Shown here piece after piece: positions 14,284 through 29,622 of a stretch of 64,000 nt of DNA (the first letter of the stretch is position 1; each line of letters starts with the position of its first letter). The notes beneath the pieces were generated by a model. The model searched no databases and was not told the origin of the DNA. It was given only the letters and a program-made list of their open reading frames with translations. The DNA comes from Chrysomallon squamiferum (Eukaryota > Animalia > Mollusca): positions 6,696,001-6,760,000 of the forward strand of contig CM022678.1 of NCBI GenBank assembly GCA_012295275.1, given 5' to 3'. Position numbers and translations under genes: made by a program.

Positions 14284-15332
14284 TACTGGCCTACATTTGC
14301 TTTTTCTTTACAATGAAATTTATTTCATTTCGATAAAATACGTCCATCATAATAACAGAAACCCTCCCCCTTTTCTGAATGCTGGACCCGCCTATGTCAC
14401 CTGGCTTAACTAAACTAGCAATGCATGCGAAAATGTTTCCAGTACAGATCCACTACATAAAAGAATATGCTAACAGTGCTGACATACATACGTGTATTAT
14501 GATTGGCCAAAACTGACCAATGGACGCGATCCAGACGGGTCGTCTGTTTTAAATCAATAATAATAATTACCATCGGTGGTCTGTGTTCATCAGTTGTGGA
14601 CGGAGGATAAATTTAGTCTGTTTTATTAACTTCCACGAACAAGTGGTGTAATACGATTATTATTTAGCTGTAAAATAAACAAATGACTGAGTATTTCATT
14701 TTAATGATACTTTTGTTTTAATGAATTTTCATATTAATAGTTAATCGCCTGTTGATCGTGTACTTTGTTATACAAGGATGTTCATGCGATGCTTCAATCT
14801 GCAAACGATATTTTTCATTTAGCATCAATAGCTTCTTTTCTTTTCTTTTTCTTTTTTCTTTTCTTTATTTTAATAAATAAATAAGTAAGTAACAAAACAA
14901 AACGACAACAACAAACAAACAAACAACAATGAAACTCCCCATCATCACCATTGCTTTGTAATCCGTGTTTTGTTAAAATCTTTAATTAGATTATTGTTTG
15001 TAGTTATGGTTGTCGTTATTACTTATTATGCTGTCGTTCGTCAAAGTAAGATAACTTAAAATACTGTCGCCGTCGCTGTAGTGGTAGTCATTATCATTTG
15101 ATTATCGTCTTCAAATTGTTGTCGTTGTTATTACTATGACCTTGACATCATCAACGTCAACATCATCTCTGGTATTATTACCAAAATACCACTATCATCT
15201 TACAACGGTTGTAACCTTCATTACAAACAGCAATTGTTTATCATTATCATCTAGTCGTTTTCATTAATATCATCATTTCTTCATTATAACCACAGTCGTT
15301 GTCACATTCATCATCATCATCATAGTCATTAT

Positions 15333-15830
15333 CATTTTATTATATGTTTTCATTATTATCATCATCATTATCATTTTATTATGTGTTTTCATTATTAACA
15401 TCATCATTATCATTGCATTATGTGTTTTCATTATTAACATCATTATCATTTTATTATGTTTTCATTATTAACATCATCATTATCATTTTATTATGTTTTC
15501 ATTATTAACATCATCATTATCATTTCATTATGTTTTCATTATTAACATCATCATTATCATTTTATTATGTGTTTTCATTATTAACATCATCATTATCATT
15601 TCATTATGTGTTTTCATTATTAACATCATCATTATCATTTTATTATGTGTTTTCATTATTAACATCATCATTATCATTTTATTATGTGTTTTCATTATTA
15701 TCATCATCATTATCATTTTATTATGTGTTTTCATTATTAACATCATCATTATCATTTCATTATGTGTTTTCATTATTTACATCATCATTATCATTTCATT
15801 ATGTGTTTTCATTATTAACATCATCATCGC
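15333..15830. repeat. 39-bp minisatellite, about 13 copies
   Basis: Unit tgtgttttcattattaacatcatcattatcattttatta; explains the periodic ORFs at 15493-15958. Confidence 0.9.
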
Positions 15831-17341
15831 CATCATTCCTCATTTTCATTATCATCATTCACTGTCATTACAATCACCATCATCATCATCATCATCATCA
15901 TTATCATGAGAAACACCACAACATCCTTAAGACCGAAGCAGAAGTCAGATATGATTAATCGTCTGCAAATTGTGGAAATGTTTTGCTTAACTTAATTAGG
16001 TCAAGTATATTCATGTCTATTTCACCGGCTAATTTCTTTTATTCATTACATGTCTCCTTTTCACCGACAGATCTGAGATTTAGGTCGATATGAGACGCTA
16101 TCAGCAGATGTAGCAGAAGTCACTGCAGACAACATTAGCAGCAGACACAGTGAAAAAAAAAATCAAATAAAAAAAAAAAAAAAAAAATCTTGAAAGACGA
16201 TTTGCGTTATGCAGAATGTTATACGGATATAAATAGATTTATGACGTATATCAGATGTCACATGCGACGTCTGCAAGTTAAACGAAATTGATTTAAAAGA
16301 ATTTTAAAAATGTTAGCGAAAGTAAGAAGGGTACATAAATATGTATGTATATATATATATGTCTGTAAGCATGTTTGTGTGTATATGTGTATATATTGGA
16401 TGTATGTATGTGTATGTGTGTATATGTATGTATGTATGTATGAGTGAAGATAAAATAATAGATATTAATAAAAGAGGGGGAAAAAAATGGATGATTAAAA
16501 ACGATTTCAACGAAAATTATGATGATGAAAACGACAACAACGTCAGTGATGACGCCGATGATAATAAGACAACGATGATAATGAAATTTATGTTGACCAT
16601 TATGGTGGAGATAACGATGGTTATGATGATAATAAATACAATCAGGACAATAAATAATTGCAATAGAAATTAATAAATTAAAAATCGACGAAGCAACTAA
16701 ATAAAAATATATACAGATTAAATAATAAAGAAGATATAAGAAGACAATAATTAAACAAAAGAAATAAACAACAAAACAAAATAAAAATATAAAATTAATA
16801 AACAAAATTAAACAGATTTCCGAATTAATAAACTAATGAATAAAATGAAGCGTCAAACAAACACAAATAATCGAACGAACGAAGAAAATAATGACGAAAG
16901 AATAAAACTAACAAAGAGTGCGAAAACAAAAATTAATATATGCTCTAAGCAAAGACTAGGAAGAAGAAAAATCACGATGTATGTATTCGAAACAGAAAAA
17001 GAAAAGAGAAAATAGCGAAGACAACAAAAATCAATAAGGAATAAAAACGAACTGTACTGTCTCGAACGAAGGGAAACAATTGAAGATAAAATGAAATGAA
17101 AGATGGCATAAAGTTTAAACTGGAAGCGAAAAGAAAAGATTTGTTAATACTTTCTGCAGGTAATAATAATAATAAAAAACCCCGTTTTTATGTGGTTTAT
17201 GTACACTTGTTATGAACTTTTTGCACTTGGGCTTAATGAAAGAGATTTCGTTTACTGAAGGAAATGCAGGCATAATTAGTTATAATAAAAATAACGAAGA
17301 TGATGATGATAACAACAACAGTAACAGCAACTATAATAACT

Positions 17342-17372
<31 letters not shown>

Positions 17373-17869
17373 AGATGATGATGATGTTAATGAAAATCAC
17401 AACAGCAACGATGGGATCACCATTAAGACCAACAAAAAAGGCAACAACAGTAATTTCAACATCTGCAACTGCAACGATGTTGGTAATATTTCTTAAATCA
17501 ATTTTTAATTTTTTTATTTTATTTTATTTTATTTTATTTTATTTTATTTTTATTTTTAAAATAATATTATTATTCCAAAGCAATTAGATTCAGTTTGAAT
17601 AGCATGTTTATGTGACATACATTTATGAATGGTGTTTGATATGCTATGTTTCATAATGTAATGCTGTCACAAAAATATTATTTCTGTTCATAATTTTAAT
17701 ATAGGCTTGTCATTTTAAAATTATGTATCCAGTATCTATACATACATATATACCAACATATATACATATATATCTGAATGTATGTATGTATATGTATGTA
17801 TGTATATATATATAAAATAAAAGCATCGTTTCATTTTGTATTATATATTACCATATTATACGTCTCTAT

Positions 17870-18193
17870 GTGGAAAGTGTTAATAGGAAAAACGTTGTGA
17901 TTACTGTTATTATTGTCGTCGTTGTTGTTATTGTGGTTATCTCTGTCGTTGTCATCATCATAATTGTTATTATTTCTGATGTTTTTTGTTATTGTTGTTG
18001 GTGTTCTTGATCTTATAATTTTCCTTCTTGTTATTGTTAATGATATTACTGTTATGGTTACAACCATCATCATCATCATCATCATCATTACTAACGTGTT
18101 TCATTAATAAAGATTATGTTATTGTTGAGATTGCTATCTTCATTACTATTATTATTATAATTATTGTTGTTGTTGTTGTTGTTGCACTTGTTA

Positions 18194-18249
<56 letters not shown>

Positions 18250-19222
18250 GCTGTTGTTTTTTATTCTTCTTCTTCTTCTTCTTCTTCTTCTTCTTCTTGT
18301 TGTTGTTGTTGTTTTTGCTGTCGTTGTTGTTATTATTATTTTTGTTAGTTATTAATATTATTATTATTTTATTGATGTTGTTGTTGTTGCACTTATTATT
18401 GTTGTATTGTTGTTATTATTATTATTATTATTATTGCTATTGTTGTTGCTGGTTTTGTTTTCTTCTTCTTCTTCTTATTATTATTATTATCGACATCACT
18501 GCAAACACTACAGCTGTTGTTATTACCACAGTAAATTCTGTCATCGTCATTACAACAACGACGACGGCTACGGCTGCTGCTTCTGCTGCTGCTAGGACGT
18601 CATCATTTGCTTTCCATTCGCCTGTTATTACGAACCCGTCAAATTCTCAACATCCTGTAATCACATGGTCCTTATATTCTCACACACCGATCATCTGGTC
18701 TGACCTACCTCCGCTGTTAATAAACGTTTGGCCTACCCTGGGGGCTAGGCAGACCGAGCTGAGGGGAGGAGGGGGGCGGACGGGGGACAGAGGGGGGGTC
18801 GTGACAGCGCGGGTCTATTGTTTAACAGAGCCGATGATGGACACCAATGACAGTCGGACTCACAGAGCTGGAAGCTGTTAGTAAGTAATCCGAGGATGAT
18901 GTTTGGCAGATGTTTGGTGTCATCGAGGTTGCGTGGGCAACGTGTGGGATGTAGTGTTGTTGTTGAAAGTTTTAATAATAAAAAAATAAATAAATAAATA
19001 ATAGTGATGATGATGATGATGATGATAATAATAATGAGTGAAATGAAAGGAGCAACGTATGTTATTGATATAGTGAATTTTAAAAATTATGATTGTTATT
19101 ATTGTTGTTGTTGTTGTTGTTGTTATTGTTATTGTTGTTATTATTATTATTGTTGTTGTTGTTATTGTTATTATTATTATTATTGTTATTGATGTTGTTA
19201 TTATTATTATTGTTATTATTTG

Positions 19223-19270
<48 letters not shown>
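17870..19270. repeat. Cluster of (TTA)n/(TTG)n/(TTC)n/(CAT)n trinucleotide microsatellites flanking a GC-richer unique island (about 18560-18950)
   Basis: Seen directly; source of the poly-I/L/Y/N ORFs. Confidence 0.9.
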
Positions 19271-19272
<2 letters not shown>

Positions 19273-20730
19273 AGTGGCTTAATATGTAAAATATTTTCTC
19301 TTCAAGATTTGTAAAAAGAAATGTTCTTGGCTAGAAGAGAATAAATAATAATGAAAAGGTGAATAAAAAGATTAATAATAAAAGTGTATTATCATTTAAA
19401 TTCAATCTGAAATTATATATTTTTTTCATTTACAGATATCCATATATTTGAAAACTAATACTTATTAGGTCTCAACACTAAATCTCTCACACAATCAAGA
19501 TATGAAGATTAAAAAAAACCATATAGCTTAATTTACTCAAAATGTTTAAATTATTAAAATCATGTATACAATAATTGTGTAAAATGAATAAATAAATAAA
19601 TAAATAAATTAGAAAGCAATTAGACTAATCAAAAAAATGTACATATAGAAAAAAGAAGAAGAAAAAAGACAGAAAAAAAAAAAAAGAATGAAAATAGTTA
19701 CATGTAATTATGTATATATATTTCATACACAGTTATGCTGTTTGATCGCAGTTTCATGCATACATGAACACAAATATCTATACATATGCTTCGATACCTA
19801 TACATAAAAGAAAATATATTTACAAATGCATTCATCTGTAGGTACCTAAATAAGTAAGTTAATATCCCATATATCGTTCTACCTTTTTTTTTTTTTTTTT
19901 AAAAATGTATCAATAGAAATCTTTGATATACTTGAAAATATGCGCATGCATATATATTTTTAAAAAGCAATAACCGACAAATAAAAATGATTATCTCTAG
20001 ATTTCATTGTTCACGTATGCTGACAGAGTAGAAATGAAAGGTGTGCAATAAATTCAAGTATTTAATGCCGAATATTAACATACATAAATACATAAATGTA
20101 TTTGCTGTTGTATAGCTAAATATGTATATTCAATTATATTTAAATATATATATATATATAGGATCGATTTGAATAAAACACCTGTTTCTGGTTTAGTGTC
20201 ACATCATCATCTATGAATAATGTGGATTCTAGAAACATCATTTCATGAGCTTTTTGCGTTTTTAATCTGTATATGTGTATGGAGGCATGTATGAATGTGC
20301 GTGTCTGCGTGTGTGTGTGTGTGTGTGGGTGTGCTTCCGTTTTTCTATCTGTTAATATTTACATATGTACGTATGTGCGTGTTTATCTATGTATTTATGT
20401 ACATCTGTATGTAAATGTGTGTGTGTGTTTATGTGTGTGCTTCTATTTTACTGTCTGTTGGTATTTACATACGTACGTATATATTACGTAAGTGCGTGTT
20501 TACCTATGTATTTATGTACATTTGTATGTATGTATGTATGTGCGTACGTGAAAATAACCATATACAGACATACTTGGATGTGCGTATGTTTCTGTATATG
20601 AATATCTATCTATCTATCTGTCTCAAAATCTCTCTCTCTATCTATCTATCTATCTATTTGTCTGTATGTCTTTCTCTCTGTCTATCTATCTCTCTATATA
20701 CATATCTATATTTGTCTGCCCGCCTCTTTG

Positions 20731-20769
<39 letters not shown>

Positions 20770-21168
20770 CTGGCCTGTCTGTCTGTCTGTCTGTGTTTAT
20801 CTATCTCACATATATATTCTTTTTTTCGTTGTCTCCAGTAAAAACAAAGTGATACCATTTTTCCTTTTTCTTAATTTTTTAAAAAAATATTTTATTTATT
20901 TTTCGTGTTTCGACACCTGTGCAACAGTTACGATGCGGCTTTTGGAATATAATATCTGTGACGCATTTTTCTTTTAGCCAATCAACTGGTTTCCTCGTTT
21001 GCTCGCGACATCCGTTTTAATGACATGGTCCAGACGAGCAGATGTCCGGGTTTGACAAATGACCGTAATATGTTTAAAAAAAGAAGTGATATCTGTGTAC
21101 TGTCGCATGATCTAAGCATGAAGTTAAATGTCAGATATTGTGTTTTAGACGTGAAAAACATCTGTGAC

Positions 21169-21224
<56 letters not shown>

Positions 21225-21243
21225 ATATATATATAAAACATGA

Positions 21244-21354
21244 CACTAGGCGAATATGTTTTTTAAAAAATGATATCTGTGTACTATCGCATGATCTAAG
21301 CATGAAGTTAAATGTCAGATATTATGTTTTAGACGTGAAAAACATCTGTGACTG

Positions 21355-21392
<38 letters not shown>

Positions 21393-21685
21393 ATATATAT
21401 ATATATATATATAAAAACATATTCACTAGGCGAATATCTGTTTTTAAAAATCTGATATCTGTATATATAAGTGTATGTATCGCATTGATCTAAGTATGTA
21501 TATTTGTGTTAAATGTGTGTGATGTGTATGTTTTATATATATAAAAACATATTCTGTAGTCTGACTATAAGGTATGTACGCATGTTTTTATGTGTGTGTG
21601 TGTGTATATTGGTGTGTGTGTGTGTGTGTGTGTTGTGTGTGTGTGTGTTTATATATATATATATATAAAACATATTCGCCTAGTG
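21244..21685. mobile_element. Non-autonomous CACTA-ended (En/Spm-like) MITE candidate
   Basis: Perfect 19-bp TIRs CACTAGGCGAATATGTTTT (21244-21262) and AAAACATATTCGCCTAGTG (21667-21685), flanked by TGA on both sides (21241-21243, 21686-21688). Confidence 0.55.
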
Positions 21686-22098
21686 TGATTTTTAACTAAT
21701 CTCTCCCTGATCGAGCCTGTGTGTCTGTGTGTATGTATATATGTGTAAGTATGTGTGTATATGCATGTACGTATGTATGTTTTATTTTTAAAATATATGC
21801 ATGACTAGATGCATTTATTGTTTCTTCTTTTTTTCTTTTTCCAACCTAAATATATATATGAATAAATATGTTATTTCCAATCTACGTTTTCTTTCTTTTC
21901 CGACGTTAGAATTAAAAAAATAAAAAAATAAAAAAATAAAATAAAATAAAAAAAAATAAAATAAAATAATAATAATAATAAATAAAATAAAAAAGGTAAA
22001 AAAAAATATATATATATATATATAAAATAAAATAAAATTCATAATGGACATTACTATGTGAAATGAAAAATAATAGTAGTAGTAATAATAATAAATAA

Positions 22099-22138
<40 letters not shown>

Positions 22139-23801
22139 CAAACAAATACAAAAATAAAATGCATATAATTAATACTTCCATATATTTTAAAAAATAAGGG
22201 GAAATAAAACGAAACAAAAACGTACAAGAAAATTAAAACCAACAACCAAACAACAACAATAACAACAGCTACCAAAATAAACAAACAAACAAACAAACAA
22301 ACAAATCAATAAATCAAATAAATTTAAAAAAAAAAAAAAGATTTAAAAAAAAAAAAAAAATCCTTACCCGATGCTGTACGAACCGGAAACGGTACAACGT
22401 TGTCGTCTGTCGTTCGAAAAACATTTACAAAAGAAATATTTCGTCTGTAAAACGTCGTCAACATTTTTCACCGTCTTCAGTTCACAACGTCATTGATTTA
22501 AAACGCTTTCAGAATTACTATTTCAACCTCTTTGTCCGTTGCGGCACAGAAAAAAAAAGAGATTTGTAAGAAAACTCCAGATATATATATATATATATAT
22601 ATATAATCGTTTTTGACGCGTGGCTGTGTATTACAAACCGATATGTTTCAGCTGGCCTTTAAGTAAATGAGTTCGGTTCATAAGGACTTAAAAACCAATA
22701 CTGTCCATTAATGAGGATATATTCCACATTATAAATAACGAAGAAAACAAACTCGGTAGAACAAAGGACGAGAAAGAAGAATGAGATCAGGTGTAATCTT
22801 TGACCTAACTGTGTGTTTGCGTGGGTGCTGCGTGCGTGCGTGCGTGTGCATAATAACGTGTACGGTATATGCGCGCGTTTGTTAGTGAAAGAGAGAGCTT
22901 TGTCTAGACTGTAATTTTGCAACAGTCGTAATCATTAAAACGTCTTCCTGATTAAATCATTACCACCATCAGTTCATTATGACTGCATCAGTCATCACCT
23001 CTTTCATTCTGCAAAGGTAATGATAATAATAATCACGTCATCATCAATGTCATTCTTCACGTGAAAAAACAAACAAACACGTTTATTCATTGTTTTAATT
23101 CGCCATCGACGTCATCATTATCATCATTCATTTGTACATCAGTTCGTTCTGTTGTTGTTACTATTCCTCAACAAAGCTATCATCCAACAAAGCCATCATC
23201 GTCATCATCATCATCATCATCATCACCATCATTAATATAACAAATTACTATCGTAACAAATGCAATCATTTTTCTTTTATCATTAGAGTTTGATACGCTG
23301 TCATATCGTCAATAAAGGATACAGAAATAGCTGTAAAATAAGTCAGTGGTTTATTAAACAAGGTAACAGTATACCTACATCTACAATAATTACTTATATT
23401 AAACGGACAACAGAGTAATGAAAACGGTGAGTGAATATAAATGTACATGAAAGCCATTTTGCTTACGTGCTCGTTCTTCTTTTTTTTTTAATGTTTTTGA
23501 AAGGTTTTGTCAGTATTATACTGTTTCTTTATGACGATACAAAACAGTATTTACGAGGAAATCTACCTAGCCAGACGCCCCCCCCACGTCTCTCTCTCAC
23601 GTACACGCACACACCCATATGCACTAATGGCTGTTTGGAACTGGTTTGTGATCATTAATCTGAAAACGGAAACGAGTGTTGTCGCATTAAAAGTTGTTTT
23701 ACTGATAAACAATGAAGGACATTTTGTTTTGATATTCTCACATAGGTAGGTAGGGCGGGAGACTGGCTGGAAGGCGGATAGACATATTCATGTGCACACA
23801 C

Positions 23802-23890
<89 letters not shown>

Positions 23891-24019
23891 ACACAAAAAG
23901 GAAACACTTGAAAGATAAAACGAAATAAAGAAAAACAAGGTGGAACGGAAAAATAAAAAAGGAAATTAAAAGGAAAGAAAGAAAAATAAAGAATAAAATA
24001 ACGAGAAAACGAATGGAAG

Positions 24020-24112
<93 letters not shown>

Positions 24113-24527
24113 AACAAAGTACAACGCATTATAAATACCTTATTAAAATAAAATAAAAGCAAAAAATAAATAAATCAGGTCAGTATATGAAATACTGCGG
24201 TCGATATTGCTCATTAGCAAAAGTACACCTATATATCGGGTTGATTGTTATTAGTCATCGCTTTCTACCGAGAGCCCTGGTAGATGAACACTCACAAAGT
24301 ACATGCCACCATGTCGATGTGTGACTCGTTTATTCAAAGCAGACGTCAGGTGCCTCGTGCGCGCGCGGCTAATTAGACCAATAGGAAAAGAGATGGCAAA
24401 AGTCTTATGTTTTATTTTTAGAATTTGCCGTCGTTATTGGTTTCGGTTAAAACTGGTGCAAAGATAAAATAAAGTTTAAGAGTTAAAGCATGAAGGTATT
24501 CGGATAATTTAATTTTGATGTATTACG

Positions 24528-24558
<31 letters not shown>

Positions 24559-24846
24559 GAACAGTAATATAACAGTAAAAATAAACAAATAAATAAAATA
24601 AAATAAAATAATATAAAATAAAATAAATAAACAACAGCAGCAACAGAATAAACCATAACAATACGACTAGAACAACAATTACAACAATGTTACCAAATAT
24701 TATTAAATAATGATCTAACGAAAATATGAATAAATGAAATGAACTGAACAAAACAAATAATAATAATAATCTTTCAATCCTGTTTCACGGGGTTAGGTGG
24801 GGGATAAAAACAAGAAAATAACTGAATTGTCTGCTTTCTTTCTTTC

Positions 24847-24878
<32 letters not shown>

Positions 24879-26655
24879 TTGATCTGCTTACATTTGTAGA
24901 TCCGTAAATCAAACATCATTAGATAATACAACAAAGACTTTGAGGAAATAACGTACTATCCGATAATTCAGACATTCGATACCATTTCATTATGTAAACC
25001 TACCTATGACGTCATATCCTTTAACAGCTGATTATATAAATAGCAACTATAAAAAGTACTATAAAAAGCAACGCGAAATGTAACATTTTGTTTAAAAAAA
25101 TTATTAATAATAATAAAAAATAATAGTCATAATAATTATAAATGATTACAGTTGTATTGAAGATATAAATAAATGTAGGAACACTGAACGGAATTAATTT
25201 AATCATTAAATAGATAAAAAAAAAAAAAAGAAGAAGAAAAGACGAAGAAAAAATTTTTTTGTTGTTTGTTTTTTTTTGTTTGTTTAATTATCTGTAGGTC
25301 AGTTTAAGAAGACTGACACATTTGACATAGGGGAAATAACTCTTAATTTGGTATATCTTTGAATATACTAGAGTGATCAAATTGTTTAACTCGGTTGTCT
25401 TTTTCTGAGAGTGAAATTAGCTACATACCTCGAAAAAGAAACAGGACACACTGGTTGAGGGACAGAGACAAAAGGTGACACTGGGTGACAAAGAAGGAGT
25501 AAAAACATTCAGAACATCATTAACTCACAAAAAGACAGGGTGACGTAAGCACAAGAAAAATGTCAGATACAATAATTAAAAATTTGAGCATTAAAGCATT
25601 CAAGGAATTTTGAGCAAAAAGAATTCTAGGAATCATTTTGACCCTTGCCCCAAATTTGGAGATTAAATTTCTGGGGGTTATGTTTGAAAGGAGCATATCC
25701 TTTATACCCTGTTCTAAATATGTAAAAAGCAGTATTTTAAATGTTGTAGTAATACATTTATAGACCTTTAATTAGATTTGAAATTAGGTTATGGATGCTT
25801 TGTGTATTGATTACCAGTACTGAATCACGTATGAAAAATTGTTTCACTAATTAAGTGTAGACCCTTAATATTTTAGTGACTTCATGAAATCTATCTTAAG
25901 TGTTTAAAATATATTTAAAATAAGTATATAAAAAAACAACAAAAGCTTTGTGTCAATGGTAATATTTTATTAGATTCCATCATACACTCAGAAATACAAG
26001 AAATTTATTAAAAGCTGTATTCATTTAGATCAAATATTTAAATCAAATAAAATAGTAATTAGTTGCTTGTTATAAGAATTAAAAAATATCAGCTTTCAAT
26101 TAACTTGTTCAAGGCATCATTTACTTGACAAAAAATACTAATTATTATAAAATAGAACTCTTAAGTTACTTTATTATAATATTAAAATAAAGGAATTGAG
26201 AAAAACAACCACAATCATTTGACAACAATATATATATCAAAACAATTTAAGTGTGTAAATATATGGAATAAAGTAGCTGCCATATGAAAATCTTAACACA
26301 CATTCACACAGCTTAACATGATTGTCAATTCATAATTCAAAGTATACATAGTTATTTTCCCATACTCAACCGATATGAATTATATCACTATTCATTGTAA
26401 ATATTTATTTCTTTCTAATAATAACTGTACATTTTACCCTCTGTTTTTGCATCTTGTGTAAAGTCATGAAAAATATGAAAATAAAAGTATATTTTGGTAA
26501 GTGTTAGAAAACAGATATCCTGTAAAAAGCATCACATCCATAGCTTATTTTAGTGATCTGTGCACTGAATGGTGAAATTTTAAAAACTGGTTAAATTACA
26601 ATATGATGGTTTTGAATTAAATTTTCTATTTTAATATTTAATGTATGTATGTATG

Positions 26656-26698
<43 letters not shown>

Positions 26699-26733
26699 CT
26701 GGATATAGAGCATAATTTGTAAACATTAAAATA

Positions 26734-26769
<36 letters not shown>

Positions 26770-27503
26770 GAGGCTATGTATATATGGTTGAAGTGGGTCA
26801 TGAACTGGAAAAAATGTGATTGATGGTTATCATTAAATACTGTAAATGTAATTTATATAGTTTCAAAGTAATATATTTTTATATATACCCTAACACCACA
26901 TAATATTTTAAAGATGTTTTCATTACATTATCAGACAGAAGCAAGTGAAAGTCTTGAATAAATAAAGAAATGGAAAAATGAAATTAAAACTAAATTATTT
27001 TCACTGTCACCTTAAAATAATAATTCTAGATTATAATCTGATTAAAACAGGATTAGAAAATTAAATCTACACAGAAAGAAATTTAGCAAATATATTGCAA
27101 TATTTTAATATTAATTTAAGTTAGGCATCCATTATTCAAAATATTTGGTCCCAGTAGAGTCTTAAATATTGAATCTTTCAGATTTTGGAATAAAGGGAAG
27201 TAGCATTAGGATAGTGCCAAAGTTCAAATGAGAAATCTGTTTATATTACACACATTCCTGATTATATGCAGACTGAAGTTAGTATTATAACACCTCTGTT
27301 CATAAAACAAAATGTTTTTAATGATATAAAGTAATTGCCTAAAAGCTATGTTTACACTGTACTCCAAAGATTTAATTTAAAGAAGAAAGTAAATAATAGT
27401 AATTAATACATTCAGAAAAGCAGAAAAATGGAAAAGAAAAAAGGAGCAAAAAGATACAAATGAAAGATAAAAATGAAAATAAAATTAAATAAATGAAAGT
27501 TGT

Positions 27504-28484
27504 CTACTGAATTTTGTGGGCTGGAAGGATTCTTCCTGTGCAGGTTCCAAACCCTACTTTATAACCTTGACCTTCACAGCAGCCTGAAATAATAATAATA
27601 ATAATAGTAATAAAAACAACAATGAAATACTAAACATGATAACAATAGAGAATAACAATGTGAAAATAATAAATATGGTAATAATATTGATGATAAAAAA
27701 ATTAAATAAAATAAAAAATAAAAAATAAAAAAATGATGCTGATAATAAAAAAATGAAACAATAACCATATTAAAAAATAATAAAACTCAATAATAACTAT
27801 GTTTTGTCTGCTTTCTATTAATAATCCTAGCTCATAACATTTTAGAAATAAATGAGGCCTAAGCACACATACATACATAGACATAATCAATTTAACTAAA
27901 TACAAATTAATTTTTTTAACTTTATTATTAGCAAAGGTTGGTTACATGTGACAAACATGTATTAAGGCCATTCACAGATGCCAGCAATAATAAACTTACT
28001 ATAAAGAAAAAAAAATTATTATTATGAAAGGTTGATGGTAACTCTACCTGTTAGAATTACTTCATCTCCATCTTGCAGGAATTTTCGTGTAACTCCATTT
28101 CCAAGATCCAGTGGTTTTGTCCCTTTCCAACACAGCTCCAACAAGCTTCCATACGAATCTGGCGTCTGAAAAGGTTTAAAACTGACTGTGTCATTTATAC
28201 TTTAACAATAAGCTGAAGGGTAAAAGAAAATATAAATCTGCTGGGACAAGTATGTTATACTTGCTGAAAATGTTACAAATGCCAATTAAAACAAAACAAG
28301 AACTTAATTAATATATAACAAAAATTAAATAATGAAAACAAATATCAAAAATAAATAATGAAAACAAATATCAAAAATAAAATAATAATTTTTAAGAAAT
28401 AGGAAAAATAAAATTTAAAAAATACAGAACACAAAATGAAAAATAATAATTTACATTTATAAATAAATATATCAAAAAAATAAT

Positions 28485-28542
<58 letters not shown>

Positions 28543-29137
28543 TGTGTATAATAAGTAAATAACTAGAACAGATTCTGTGTACCTCTCCACTGATGGTGCC
28601 AGATGCCATCAGGTCTCCAGGGTTTATGTTACACCCTGTCACAGTGTGGTGAGCCAGCTGCTGCTTCATCGTCCAGTACATGTACTGAATACATAAATAC
28701 ACACATACATAAATACACACATACATACATACATAAATACATCAATAAATAAATAAATAAATAAATAAATAAATGAATAAATAAATAAATAAATGAATGA
28801 ATGAATAAATAAATAAATAATTAAATAAATAAATGAATAAATAAATGAATGAGTAAATAAATAAATAATAAAAATAAATGAATAAAAATAAATAAAATAA
28901 ATGAATGAGTGAATAAATAAAATAAATGAATAAATAAAAATAAAATAAATAAATAAATGAGTGAATAAATGAATAAATGAATAAATAAATGAGTGAATAA
29001 ATAAATAAATAAATAAATAAATGAGTAATAAATAAGAAAATAAATGAATTTTTTTTTTAAATGAATGAATGAATAAATAAATAAATAAATAAATGAGTGA
29101 ATAAATAAATAAATGAAAATAAATAAAATAAATAAAA

Positions 29138-29176
<39 letters not shown>

Positions 29177-29570
29177 AAGCTTAATAACATCCCATTACAA
29201 TGTTTGGTCAACTATCAAGTGTCTAACAGTGTTAAATGTATAAACAGTCTAATTAACCTAAATAAAATTTAAATTAAAACAGTGTATAGAGGCTAGGTAA
29301 AAACAGATTTCAATGCTATCAAGGTAGACAAACAGAATATTTGAATTTGCAAGACATATTTATATAAAATTAACTAAAAAAAAAAAAATTACACACATAC
29401 AAATGGGCACAGTTCTTTAATTATTCTCATATTTAAATGCTGTTTAAATCAAAGAGTTAATGTAGTTTGAAACACACAAAAAAGACAAAAGGAGTATAAC
29501 TTAGTATCTTACTTTGAAGTTGCTTTTTGAAACTGTAACAGGTTTTGGCAGACCTTCCACTGAAAAACAC

Positions 29571-29622
<52 letters not shown>

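Noticed and set aside
15333-15830. Regular 39-bp array as a possible CRISPR or repetitive protein
   Set aside because: Head-to-tail repeats with no unique spacers, low complexity and a eukaryotic context.
18297-18881. 194-aa ORF running into a GC-rich island
   Set aside because: The N-terminal half is microsatellite. The rest has no recognisable domain or convincing splice sites and is more likely regulatory.
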